The translations under genes and the position numbers were made by a program. The notes under the pieces were generated by a model. That model saw only the letters and a program-made list of their open reading frames with translations. It was not told where the DNA came from and made no database searches. From Candidatus Eiseniibacteriota bacterium (GTDB taxonomy: Bacteria; Eisenbacteria; RBG-16-71-46; CAIMUX01; VGJL01): DNA of 64,000 nt. Location of the stretch: NCBI GenBank assembly GCA_963792585.1, contig CAWBWI010000003.1, forward strand, positions 544,001 through 608,000. Reading direction: 5' to 3'. Every line of letters starts with the position of its first letter. Positions within the stretch are counted from its first letter, which is position 1. Below are positions 32,653-42,919 of this stretch, piece by piece.

Positions 32653-33277
32653 CCCTGCGTTGCCATTTTGTGATCTCGTGCTTCGATCGCCGAAACCCCT
32701 TGGGAGAGCATATCCTACGGAACTCCGCACGATCGGTGATCACATCCGGAAACGTCGACTGGATCTCGGCCTGCTTCAGCGGGAACTTGCGTTGCAGATC
32801 GGCGTCGACAAGACGAGCGTTTTCAATTGGGAGGCGGGAACCGCCTCACCGCATCTCAAGGCCCTTCCCGCGGTCATCCAATTCCTTGGATATGATCCGA
32901 CCGCGACTGGGTCCACGCTCGGCGAGCGGCTCCGGGCCGCCCGGAGACGGCAGGGAGTCTCGCATGCTGACCTGGCCAAACGGTTGGGAGTGGATGCGAC
33001 AACCCTTCGGAATTGGGAGGTCGGTCGGCGCAATCCTCCGGTCAAGTACCTCCCCCGCATTCACAGGGTCATAGGGTCGGAAACCGTCGATCCGGCGGCA
33101 TCGCTCTCCGAACGCCTGCTCGCCTATAGGCGTACCCACGGCCTCCGGCAACGGGACCTCGGGAAGCTTCTCGGGGTCGATCAACGAGTGATCTCCGAGT
33201 GGGAGCGCGGCGCGGCGCCACCGGTTCTGTCCATCGAGCGCCTGATCGTCAGGAGGTTGCGGGGGCTGCTGGGCTGA
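32653..33277 (+). CDS. Triple XRE helix-turn-helix protein beginning at the comM junction
   Basis: PALPFC..., then GDHIRKRRLDLGLLQRELA, GERLRAARRRQG and ERLLAYRRTHGLRQ; no ATG after the junction. Confidence 0.8.
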
Positions 33278-33489
33278 GGCCTGTTTGGGGTGTCAGGAGG
33301 TCTTCCGGACCTTCGCCGGCGTGAACCGGCTTCGGCTTCAAAATGTCTGGCCCACGGAGCCACTTACCCGAAACGTCCCCCACACCGGGCGCATGATGCC
33401 GACGTCACGCCAGCCCTTCCCGAAGTGAAGCGCGGTCGAGCACGCAAATCCGTGCTGTCCGGCAATGGCTTTGAGGGCGGGCGCCCCAT

Positions 33490-33880
33490 CACAGTCGGGG
33501 GCATCCGGCAAGGGACGCATCTGGTCTCACTGCCGGGAACAGGTCGACCAGCTCGTTCAATGGCACCGCAAAGCGGGGATCGGACTTCTCGACGCTTCGA
33601 TCAAGTGGGATGAGGTGCTCAAGAGCGCCCTCGAAAACGAGGCGACCACAATCTGGCGTGCCGGGATGCCGATCTGCGTCGATTGGCCAGAGGAGATCTA
33701 CACTGCCCCGGAGGCCCTCTGGTTCGCCGTGATTGGTGACCGCCAGGTGTCCATCGAGGAGTTGATTTTGGAGCTGCTTTCGCCAAGTACGGACGGAGAT
33801 CTCCTTTTCGCCATTGTCGGCAACGACATGCGCGAGGAGTTCCCGCAAGAGTTGTTCGAGCAAGGTGACACTGCAGACTA
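33490..33880 (+). pseudogene. Gene fragment, possibly from an SF2 helicase-associated protein
   Basis: Protein-like stretch GASGKGRIWSH...MPICVDWPEEIY with no clear start; family recalled, not verified. Confidence 0.35.
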
Positions 33881-34688
33881 TCAATATCTACCCGCGGAGT
33901 CCCGCACCGTCTTCGCGCAGGGCGTAACGGAGAACTACCCCTTGGAGACTTATCAGGTTCACCTTCGTGTTCTTCGCGAGTGCATAGCCACCGGAGTGCG
34001 CATCCCGCACGGACGACAGCATCGGCCGAATCGAACAACGATTATCCGACATCCAACCAAGCAACGGGTGCCGAGGCCCGCGAACTCGAGCCACTTCAAC
34101 CGACGTGTCGGTACCTTGGGTCACCTCGTGTCCGTCCATGCCGCCGGGCGATCTACCGGGGAGCCCGCAGATGAGTCAACTTCCGGGACCACGGCCATAT
34201 GTGCGGCACTTAGACGCGTCGCTCGATTCGCCCCAATATTGTGAAGTCTTCCCTTTGCATGTTGCGAACTTGTGCAGATCAGCGAGGCGGCCTGATCTCC
34301 AGGGGAAAAGTAAACCGGATCGAGCAACCATCGACTTGACGGGGGCGGCCGCGGATCAATAGCATACGTTCCTGACGCAATCAGCAATCAGGCCCGACCC
34401 AATTGAATCGATCCAGGGAGACGACGGTGCGTATGCCGCAGAGCCAGCCGTGGAGGACGCGCCCGATCAGAGACGACATTCTCAGCATAACTATGGCGCC
34501 ATCAATTTTTCCAGACATAATGTCGCGACGAAACCGAGACTGTTGGCGATGCTGTATCCATCAACCGCATCTTCCTGGCCAGACACTGGGGAGTTCGCGA
34601 GGCGAGGGTGGGGAAGGGTCCTCAGAGTGGTTGCTCTAGACTGAGTGTGCTGTCCTGTGGCGCCCAACGGAATGTGAGGGCAGAGAGA

Positions 34689-36044
34689 ATGCGGGTTGCA
34701 TCACTGTCGCGGATCTTCGCGACGCTCCTTCTAGTACTGGCTGGTGGCATGATCGCTTTCGTTGTTTGGACTCCAACTCACAGAGGGCGGGAAGTTAGCG
34801 TACCGCCCTGTCCGCTCGGGACAGGCTGCCCATTAATGGCGCTCCATGCGCATCCCGCGTCATTGACGCCAGAGGCGGTCGAGTTTGCCGAAGCTCAGTA
34901 CGTCGACTATCTCTCCTCGGTACCGCCGTCCACGCTCAAGTTCTATCAAACCGAGATTGAACATTTCGAGATCATTCGGCAGCTTATCCTGCTTCCGAAG
35001 CTCGAGGAAGAATTGATTCGGAGAAGTGACCGGCTCCACCGTTCCCTGCGGACGCTCAATCTTCTCATCCAGGCATCGTATCTGCGTTCCCTCCCCGTAC
35101 CGGCGCTCGCAACAGCCCTTTCCGTAGGTTCTCTCGACCCGTCATTTGCATCGACGCCGGGGTCGCGCGCGGTTCTCGCGACCCTGCGCTTCTCAGAAGA
35201 CCTGGAACCAACCGCAGTCTACCTGATGCCGCAAAAGAACCATATCCTCAATCGCGCTAAGATCTTGTCCGTCCTGAACGAGTCATCTCGTAACGCGCCT
35301 TTCTGCTATATCGCGGCAGCCACGGTCTGCGTCACGAGCGTTGATAGCTGCCTAGCTCTTGAACGACGGCACCTGCTCTTGGACAATGCCAGCCTCCTAA
35401 CTGCGGACTCGCTGTTCACACTGGCAGGCCTTCGCGGCATCTCGGAGATCCAAGGAGGCAGTCCGAACAGTGCGGGCGCGTCTGACTCTCTTTTCCTGGG
35501 CGATGACATCTGGATCGACGCCAATGCGGAAGCACTGAGATCTCCCGCTCGGCGTCTCATCTTCAACTACCTGAACAACCGCGTGGCCACACTCACGCTG
35601 GTGATCGCTACATATCGTCGGCACGGGCTGACAAGTGGCCGTTGGCGTTCTCCCGCTGTTCCCCTTCGCGATCGTCGATTTCTGAAGCTCTTCGATTCCC
35701 TCGCATTACTGGCGAGGAAGGAGGACGTCCAAATCCCTCGGCAAGTGCGGCTCTTTGGGCTCATCACCTGCGCCGAGTTTGCGGAAGCCACCTCCCAATT
35801 CCACCGTGACATGGCAGAGATGGCCGTTATCGACGATTCGCGCAAGGAGACACTGACCTCGGTGTCCGCGCATTACGACAGTCTAGCGACGTCGCTTCTG
35901 AAGGTTCTTGCGGGGACCCTTCGCGAGGGGGTACCGCTGAGCCATCGGGATAAGGTGTACTGGTATCTCTCGCACAGCGACATCCTCGGTCCGAGGCTCT
36001 CGCCCAAACCAAAGAAGGCGCTTGAGCGCCTACTGGAGGAGTAG
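34689..36044 (+). CDS. Hypothetical membrane-anchored protein (about 450 aa)
   Basis: Long ORF with N-terminal TM in a lower-GC segment; stop overlaps the next GTG. Confidence 0.7.
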   Translation: MRVASLSRIFATLLLVLAGGMIAFVVWTPTHRGREVSVPPCPLGTGCPLMALHAHPASLTPEAVEFAEAQYVDYLSSVPPSTLKFYQTEIEHFEIIRQLILLPKLEEELIRRSDRLHRSLRTLNLLIQASYLRSLPVPALATALSVGSLDPSFASTPGSRAVLATLRFSEDLEPTAVYLMPQKNHILNRAKILSVLNESSRNAPFCYIAAATVCVTSVDSCLALERRHLLLDNASLLTADSLFTLAGLRGISEIQGGSPNSAGASDSLFLGDDIWIDANAEALRSPARRLIFNYLNNRVATLTLVIATYRRHGLTSGRWRSPAVPLRDRRFLKLFDSLALLARKEDVQIPRQVRLFGLITCAEFAEATSQFHRDMAEMAVIDDSRKETLTSVSAHYDSLATSLLKVLAGTLREGVPLSHRDKVYWYLSHSDILGPRLSPKPKKALERLLEE

Positions 36045-37012
36045 TGACCGCCTCTCTAAGCCGCATTCCAAGAGGAGAGGGCCAGCATCTGTTCAGCTTT
36101 GTACTTCTGATCTTTGGATTCACTCTCTTAACGACGTTTCAGGCTCTCTTTGATGCTGCGAAGTGGCTTCTCGGAGATATCGATGGTATGGAGGCCGGGA
36201 TCAGGTTCATCCATCTATTTGGCGATCCCTTCGAGCTTCCGCTAATTGTTCCGTCGCTTGACGCGACCCTGCTCGCGGTAACGGTGATCATCACGTTGGT
36301 CCAATACTATGTGATCATCAACCGGCTCGCCCTAGTTTATGAGGTAGTGTACGGACTTTGGGAGTTCGGGCTCGACATGGCGGCCGCGATGCTCTTCTTC
36401 TTCTCGGCAAGTGCGCTGAAGACTGGCCGCGGAGCGTCGTTCCTTGCCACGGACAAGTACTGGGTATTGCTCGGGGCGCTCTATTCTGTCCTCACTCTGC
36501 GTATGGTACTGGCGGCAATTCGGATCTCAAGGAAGTCGTCAGGTGCGACCCCGGAGAATCGACGTGCCATGACGTTAGCGGTCGCGGGGATTGGATGTTA
36601 TTGGACGACTGCGATCATGATGCTATGGGGACTCGCCTGCGCACGCTTGGGTGTGTCCATCAAGACAATTGCCCATCTTGAACTGGTCGGAACGAGCGCG
36701 GTGTTTTCGGGAGCGGCGATTGTGGCAGCGACGGCAATGATGCAGCGTACTTGGAGGGCGCTGATTCGAATTGACGTCACGACGATGCTGCCAATGGTTG
36801 TAGCGGTGGCCGCGCCAATTATGACTCTTGCGGCACGACGGCAGCAGTCGGGATTGATGCGATTGCTGCTGCATGACCGGTTTGCGTTCCCGTGGTCGCT
36901 ACTGCCATTGGGAATGATGGTCTGCTTCCTAATGACGATCGTGGTGACGCATTCGACGGTAGGGGACGAAGGTGATCAGGCTGCTCCCGCCGCAATTCGT
37001 CCCCGGTCATGA
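36044..37012 (+). CDS. Hypothetical polytopic membrane protein (about 8 TM)
   Basis: 322-aa ORF with many hydrophobic segments. Confidence 0.75.
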   Translation: MTASLSRIPRGEGQHLFSFVLLIFGFTLLTTFQALFDAAKWLLGDIDGMEAGIRFIHLFGDPFELPLIVPSLDATLLAVTVIITLVQYYVIINRLALVYEVVYGLWEFGLDMAAAMLFFFSASALKTGRGASFLATDKYWVLLGALYSVLTLRMVLAAIRISRKSSGATPENRRAMTLAVAGIGCYWTTAIMMLWGLACARLGVSIKTIAHLELVGTSAVFSGAAIVAATAMMQRTWRALIRIDVTTMLPMVVAVAAPIMTLAARRQQSGLMRLLLHDRFAFPWSLLPLGMMVCFLMTIVVTHSTVGDEGDQAAPAAIRPRS

Positions 37013-37030
37013 CGGAGGAGATCGCCCTGC

Positions 37031-37444
37031 ATGGGAGTGACACCGAACCAGCGTCACCAGATGGACCATCAGCAGGGGCGCCTGGGGTCTTCAAGGTCGC
37101 CATCGGGAGCGTGTGGAGCTGGGCGGCCCATCAGGTATTCCCGCTTCTTACCAGCAGACCGGATAGCGACGAGAGGGATACTTGATGGATTTCGGTTTCG
37201 GGCTGTTCCCCCGCGAGTCAGGGTGGGGTTTTCACCACACTCGCTATGGGAAGGCAAGCTCGCCCCTGCCGACCACACTCCGGTTATCTATGGCAACTTG
37301 CAAGCACGAACAACTGTATGGTACAAAGAGATGGGCAGAGGAATCTTGCCCGCTCGCCTGGATCGGGCTACGGTCAGGTGGCTCTCAAAATTCGACGCTC
37401 AAGTTGTCTGCTGTCCGCCCGAAAGAAAGGAAGGACTTCAATGA
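37031..37444 (+). CDS. Hypothetical protein
   Basis: GGAGGAG RBS upstream; ATGA overlap with the next ORF. Confidence 0.5.
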   Translation: MGVTPNQRHQMDHQQGRLGSSRSPSGACGAGRPIRYSRFLPADRIATRGILDGFRFRAVPPRVRVGFSPHSLWEGKLAPADHTPVIYGNLQARTTVWYKEMGRGILPARLDRATVRWLSKFDAQVVCCPPERKEGLQ

Positions 37445-37614
37445 CCGCAGTCAGAGTGGAGAGAGGGACAGGAAGGTTGGCCAACGTGACGTCGAATGCT
37501 CCGACGGGTTCGGAGAGACCAAACTACCCGCTGCTTGTTGCTTCTGCTGTGCTCATTATCACTGGCGTTCTCACTTTGTTCATCCTGCTCTTTGGCTCAG
37601 ACCTGACGTTCTAG
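37441..37614 (+). CDS. Small single-TM protein (57 aa)
   Basis: MTAVRVE...YPLLVASAVLIITGVLTLFILLFG; ATGA coupling. Confidence 0.55.
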   Translation: MTAVRVERGTGRLANVTSNAPTGSERPNYPLLVASAVLIITGVLTLFILLFGSDLTF

Positions 37615-37795
37615 CACGTGGCGTTGCACGCGACAATCCCCGTTCCTTCCAGTTAGACCGCCCAGCAAGCGGTCTTTCTCTCCTTTCCACGGTACCGCCC
37701 CGCCCGATCCCCTCCTCGGTTTTCAGACGAAGCGGACTCTCACAATGCCGATCCTCCGGGTCGAACCCAGGGCGCATGGGACTCAGGGGGGACGG

Positions 37796-37880
37796 ATGCG
37801 AACGAGTGAATTTAGCAATGAGCTCATCGCAATCGCCCTGCGGCAGGTTGTGCCGAGGACCACGGTCGAGGAGGGCTGGT
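37796..37880 (+). pseudogene. IS3-family OrfA N-terminal remnant
   Basis: MRTSEFSNELIAIALRQ...TTVEE resembles MKKSRFTEEQIAFALRQ. Confidence 0.45.
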
Positions 37881-38308
37881 CGGGCTTTAGGCCAGCCGCA
37901 GTTCACGAACCTCCTTGGCCGAAGACGGCCGAAGTATCCGAACACCATCAGCACCTTCCTCCGCCGACTTGGGTTGTCTACTTGGGAAGAACTTGACTGC
38001 TAGACCTAGGGCGTGTCGCATCCATGCCCTGAGCCCTGCCGCAAAACGGACCCTCTGGTTACTCCAATTCAGTGTTGAATGGGCCTCGGCCCATCGGGGG
38101 GCACCGGGCGGATTTGGTGTGTTTGTCCAGGTGGAAACTATGACCAGCCCCCATGCAACAAGCTGATGTTCCAGAATTAAATGGTGCTGGGTACATGTTG
38201 ACGGAACGGAGCCGTTGATCCGTCGGCAGTTGTGGGTGGCCTTCCCTAGCTTTGGCAGTCAGTGTAGGTTACGAGGGTCAGAACCTAATCACCCGTACGC
38301 GAGGTCGC

Positions 38309-40132
38309 ATGCGAGTATCCAGACTAACGATTTCAGATTTCCGAGGCATCCACCAGGCCACCCTGCACTTCGATGGTCACACGCTGCTGATTGGCGCGAA
38401 CAACGTCGGCAAGTCGACCATTTGCGACGCGCTCGATCTTGTCCTGGGACCCGACCGCATGCGGCGGCAGCCCGTCGCCCAGGAACACGATTTCTACAAC
38501 TCCGTCTATCTCAACGAGGACGGCACCACCGTCCAGATCACCATAGAAGTTGTGCTCACTGGGCTGACCGACGAAGTGCTTCGGAGCTGCCCGACCAATA
38601 TCGAGTTTTGGGACTCCTCGGCACGACGACTCTTGGAAGCGGGAGAGCTGCCAGCGGTCGATCGTCCCGACACATCCCCGTGTCTTCGGCTCACGGCGAG
38701 TATCCGCTACGACCCCGACGAAGACGACTTCGCTGGACAGACATACTACGCCCATTCGCCCGATGCGGCAGAGGGGGAGCTAACTCCCGTCCCGCAACGC
38801 GTGAAGCGTTCCATGGGCTTTCTCTACCTGCGCGCCCTCCGGACCGGCGCACGGGCGTTGAGTCTGGAGCGGGGCTCGCTCTTGGACATCATCCTCAAGC
38901 TCAAAGAGGTCCGGACAGGGCTCTGGGAGGACACGAGGAGCCGACTGCGCGGACTCAATCCGCCGATCGACGATGCCGCGAAATCCCTCGGACCTGTTCT
39001 CGACGCGATCGAGCAACGGGTTGGGGAGTACATCGCCCTGGAGGGCAAAGGGCGGGCGACTCGCCTCTTCGTTTCCCAACTCACGCGCGAACACCTCAGG
39101 CACACACTGTCATTCTTCCTCTCGATGACACCCGGACAGGAGCCGGTGCCATTTCAGCAGGTCGGAACCGGCACACTCAACACCCTCGTGCTCGCCTTGC
39201 TCAGCTTCATCGCAGAAACCAAGGGGAACAACGTCATCTTTGCCATGGAGGAGCCGGAGATCGCTCTCCCGCCGCACACTCAGCGACGGATCGCCACCTA
39301 CCTACTAACCAACACCGCTCAGTGCTTCGTGACCTCGCATTCTCCCTATGTCATTGAGTGCTTCGAGCCCGAGAGAATCATGTTGCTGCGGCGCGCGGAT
39401 GACGGAAGCGTTGCCGGCCTTCCCGTCGTGCTTCCTGCCGGCATGCGGCTGAAGACCTACCACTCACAGCTACGACGCTCGATCGCCGAGGCCATGTTGG
39501 CGGAGGCGGTCATCGTCGTCGAGGGGACGTCGGAACGTCAGGCATTGACCGTCGTAGCGCGGAAACTCGAATCGACCGACCCTGTCCTGTTCCCCCTCGA
39601 CGTGGCGGGAGTAACCATCGTCAACGTTGAGGGCGACGGTAACCTCTCCGCCTTCGGCACCTTTTTCCGCGGCCTCAATCTCCAGGCCTTCGCTCTCTAC
39701 GATCAGAAACCTCGGAAAGATGATGAGGCCGAGCGCATCCGAGCCTCTTTTGACTCCTCCTGCGAGATTCCATACCGCGGGCTCGAACGACTCCTGGCGA
39801 GCGAGCTTCCCCTCGACCGCCAATGGACATTCCTGAACAACCTCCAGGCCGAGACGACAGCCCCCGCTGGTGACGCTACGCCAGCGAGGCCCGATGACGA
39901 CGAGCTGCGAGAGCGTCTGGTTGACGCGCTGCGCCAGATGAAGGGCGAGGGCGGTGCCGCACGGCTCCTCGACTCCTGCGCAGCCGAGGAGCTTCCGGTC
40001 ACGCTCCGGACCTTTCTCCTCGACGTGTACGCACGGTTTCCCCGTCCGGTAGCAAAGCGCGACCCCTTGGCAGATCCGGCCACGTCCTCCGCTCCTCTTG
40101 AAGACGGAGCCTCGCCTCCATCCGGGACATGA
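38309..40132 (+). CDS. gajA: OLD-family ABC-ATPase/TOPRIM nuclease (GajA-like)
   Basis: FRGI, GANNVGKST Walker A, MEEPE..LPPH, VTSHSP, VVEGTSE TOPRIM and YDQ motifs. Confidence 0.85.
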   Translation: MRVSRLTISDFRGIHQATLHFDGHTLLIGANNVGKSTICDALDLVLGPDRMRRQPVAQEHDFYNSVYLNEDGTTVQITIEVVLTGLTDEVLRSCPTNIEFWDSSARRLLEAGELPAVDRPDTSPCLRLTASIRYDPDEDDFAGQTYYAHSPDAAEGELTPVPQRVKRSMGFLYLRALRTGARALSLERGSLLDIILKLKEVRTGLWEDTRSRLRGLNPPIDDAAKSLGPVLDAIEQRVGEYIALEGKGRATRLFVSQLTREHLRHTLSFFLSMTPGQEPVPFQQVGTGTLNTLVLALLSFIAETKGNNVIFAMEEPEIALPPHTQRRIATYLLTNTAQCFVTSHSPYVIECFEPERIMLLRRADDGSVAGLPVVLPAGMRLKTYHSQLRRSIAEAMLAEAVIVVEGTSERQALTVVARKLESTDPVLFPLDVAGVTIVNVEGDGNLSAFGTFFRGLNLQAFALYDQKPRKDDEAERIRASFDSSCEIPYRGLERLLASELPLDRQWTFLNNLQAETTAPAGDATPARPDDDELRERLVDALRQMKGEGGAARLLDSCAAEELPVTLRTFLLDVYARFPRPVAKRDPLADPATSSAPLEDGASPPSGT

Positions 40133-41862
40133 CGCTCTCGCTCACCGACGACCATGCCCGGATCATCGAGGCCCCAGGCCATGTGCTCGTGACCGGTGGC
40201 CCGGGGAGCGGCAAGACGACCGTCGCGCTTCTCAAGGCGAAGGCGAGAATCGACCAGGGCTTAGCGACCGGCCAATCCATCCTCTTCCTCAGCTTCTCCC
40301 GCGCTGCCGTCGGACGCGTTATCGAAGCGGCGCAGGCCGACCTGCCAACGGACATCCGTGCCCGGCTGGATGTCCAAACGTTCCATGCGTTCTTCTGGGA
40401 GCTGCTCCGCACCCATGGGTATCTCCTCGGGGCACCCCGGAAACTTCGGCTCTTCCTGCCGCACGATGAGGCCGCGCGCCTGCCCGATTTCCAACGTAGC
40501 GGCCCTGCCTGGCACGCTGAGCTCGAACGACTCTTCCGGATCGACGGTCTCGTGGCTTTTGATCTCTTCGCCCCAAAGGTGCTTGAGATCCTCAATGGCA
40601 GCACTGGGATCTGTGCCATGACAGCCGACCGGTTTCCGCTCATCGTCGTCGACGAGGCGCAGGACACTGCGGATGACCAGTGGGCCTGCATTCGCCGACT
40701 CTCGGAGCGAACGACGCTTGCGTGTCTGGCCGATCTCGAGCAGCAGATCTACGACTTCCGGCCGAATGTGAGCTCGCAGAGGGTTATCCAGATCATGGAG
40801 CAGCTCAGGCCCCTCCGCGTCGACTTTGGGCCGGCCAACCACCGCAGTCCTGCGAATGACATCCTGGCCTTCGGCAACGACATCCTCCTCAACACCCCGC
40901 GCGGTCGCCCGTATGCCGGGGTCACCCTCGCCGGATATCCGCCGAGGGCGGTCGACCGGGATAAGTACATCCGTAGCAGCATCGGCCGTATCCGCCACGC
41001 GGTCGAAAGAGCGAAGGGTTCGCCCGCCGAGAGCATCGCTGTACTGGCGAGCTGGGGACGGGGAGTCCTCCTCGTCTCCCGGGCGTTAGCCGAAGCACCG
41101 GGACGCGCGCGCATTCCGCATCACCCGCTGATCGACGAGGCCCCGGTGCTACTCGCTGGCCGCGTCATCGCCTACCTCCTGGAACCTATTCCATCCGGGA
41201 CGGAGCTCGCGGATTTAGCGGCCTGGCTCGAACTCATCGCGACCGTCCTCAAGGCAAAGGACACGGCGGGCGACCTCACCCAAGCAAGACGGCTCCTGGC
41301 ACAGGCGACGCAGGCTCGCGATGAGCGAACGCTGGCGCGTTCCGCGTCCGGGCACAAGGCGCTGGGCGTACTCCGTGACCTCCGGACAACGCCCCTCTCC
41401 GGCGATCCGCGCCAAGACTGGCTTCGCGTCCGCAATCACCTGAAGAATTCCGACTGCGGCGTGCTCGTCACGGTCGCAGGCGCAGCGGAACAGCTTTTCC
41501 TGCTCGGACGGGGACAGCACCTGGCCACCGGCTTGACTGCGGCATGGCAACGCACCGGAACGTATGCGGACGCTTGTCGGATATACGATTCCGCTGTCGC
41601 CGAAGACCAGATTCTGTCGGGAGGGCGAGACAGCAGGGGCATATCGGTGATGACCCTCCACAAGGCGAAGGGCAAAGAATTCGACGGCGTGGTCATCCTC
41701 GACGAATTCCGCAACTGCCCGCTCGTCCTGCGGGGTGACGCGCCGCCCTACCCGCGGAGTCGACGCCTACTCCGCGTTGGAATCACCCGCGCTCGGTATC
41801 ATGTGCTCATTTTACATTCAGTGATCGAGCGTCCACTGCTGCTTGACGCGAATCGACGCTAG
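40129..41862 (+). CDS. gajB: UvrD/Rep-family helicase (GajB-like)
   Basis: GGPGSGKT, TFHAF, VDEAQD, QQIYDFR, NHRS, TLHKAKGKEFD and VGITRAR motifs; ATGA overlap with the OLD gene. Confidence 0.85.
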   Translation: MTLSLTDDHARIIEAPGHVLVTGGPGSGKTTVALLKAKARIDQGLATGQSILFLSFSRAAVGRVIEAAQADLPTDIRARLDVQTFHAFFWELLRTHGYLLGAPRKLRLFLPHDEAARLPDFQRSGPAWHAELERLFRIDGLVAFDLFAPKVLEILNGSTGICAMTADRFPLIVVDEAQDTADDQWACIRRLSERTTLACLADLEQQIYDFRPNVSSQRVIQIMEQLRPLRVDFGPANHRSPANDILAFGNDILLNTPRGRPYAGVTLAGYPPRAVDRDKYIRSSIGRIRHAVERAKGSPAESIAVLASWGRGVLLVSRALAEAPGRARIPHHPLIDEAPVLLAGRVIAYLLEPIPSGTELADLAAWLELIATVLKAKDTAGDLTQARRLLAQATQARDERTLARSASGHKALGVLRDLRTTPLSGDPRQDWLRVRNHLKNSDCGVLVTVAGAAEQLFLLGRGQHLATGLTAAWQRTGTYADACRIYDSAVAEDQILSGGRDSRGISVMTLHKAKGKEFDGVVILDEFRNCPLVLRGDAPPYPRSRRLLRVGITRARYHVLILHSVIERPLLLDANRR

Positions 41863-42412
41863 GAACCGCAACGGGATCACAGTCCAGTTTATGCTCGCCT
41901 GCCTTCACACACTGTCATCGCCTTTGCTTCGGGTCGGCGAACGGCGGTCATGCTCCGTCTGTTGGCAGTGGGCTTCGTCGTGAAACCCTGGGATGCGAGA
42001 TCCAAGCTGTCTTGAATGGTGCTGATTGTTCTGGCGGGCCATTCGCTCGGGGTCAGCTCCTCGAGGGCCCGGCGGTCTCGAAAACCGTGCGAAGGCGTTT
42101 TGAATCATAGCAGCCCGGTCCGCCGAAGCGACGTTGCGGCAACATAATACAAAGCACCCCATCAGGTTAGGTCCTGCAGGGGCGTTTCCATTCCTTCCAG
42201 TCTGGTTCGGGCCGTTTCGGTCACTTCCAGTCTGAAACCGTAGCAAGACCGTAGCAGCTTCTGAGGCGGGCAACTAGACGCACGCGGCTGGCACGGCCGG
42301 CGATTTCCAGACGGACCCGCGAGCGCAGTCTGAATGATTGAGCGGGAGGGTCTGGAAACGCTCTTGGTTTGATATTGCCTGCGCGATCATTCCGTCGGAC
42401 ACTTCCGCCCAT

Positions 42413-42919
42413 ATGTCACATCCCACCTCGGACAGTGAAGGCAACGAGAGTCTTGAACCCAGATATACCCTTCGCGAACTCGTGTCGATCGCACTCCGGC
42501 AGCAGGAGATGGTCCTCCACGATGTGGACACGCTTGACTGGAAGGCCTACATTGTCTTGGCGGGTCAGCTTGGGGTGTTTGGTGCTGGGCTTGCACTTAC
42601 ATGGCCGCCTTGGAGGGCATGGCTGCTGGTTCTCGGCCTTGTAATCGGACTGGCCAACCTGCTGGTCACGGGGACGGCGATACGGACGAACCAATATGTG
42701 CTCGCCCCGAATGTCAAGGAGGTCTGGGAAGAACACGGGCTGGAGACGAGCGATGCCGTTGCCCGACAGCTTGTGTCCGACATTGAGGATGCGATCGAGA
42801 AGAACGTTGAGGCTTGCAGGAGTAAGGGCCATCGGATAAACAGGGGCTTTGAACTTCTCTTCTTCTCAATCCTGGCTATCGGGTTGGAGTGGTTTCTCGA
42901 ATGGGGGATGAAGCATTGA
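42413..42919 (+). CDS. 3-TM membrane protein (Pycsar-effector/DUF5706-like topology)
   Basis: LDWKAYIVL, two TMs, loop, KN...KGHRINRG, C-terminal TM. Confidence 0.6.
   Translation: MSHPTSDSEGNESLEPRYTLRELVSIALRQQEMVLHDVDTLDWKAYIVLAGQLGVFGAGLALTWPPWRAWLLVLGLVIGLANLLVTGTAIRTNQYVLAPNVKEVWEEHGLETSDAVARQLVSDIEDAIEKNVEACRSKGHRINRGFELLFFSILAIGLEWFLEWGMKH

Noticed and set aside
38005..38030. CTAGGGCGTGTC as an IS5-family end
   Set aside because: No partner inverted repeat or transposase found; too short to support
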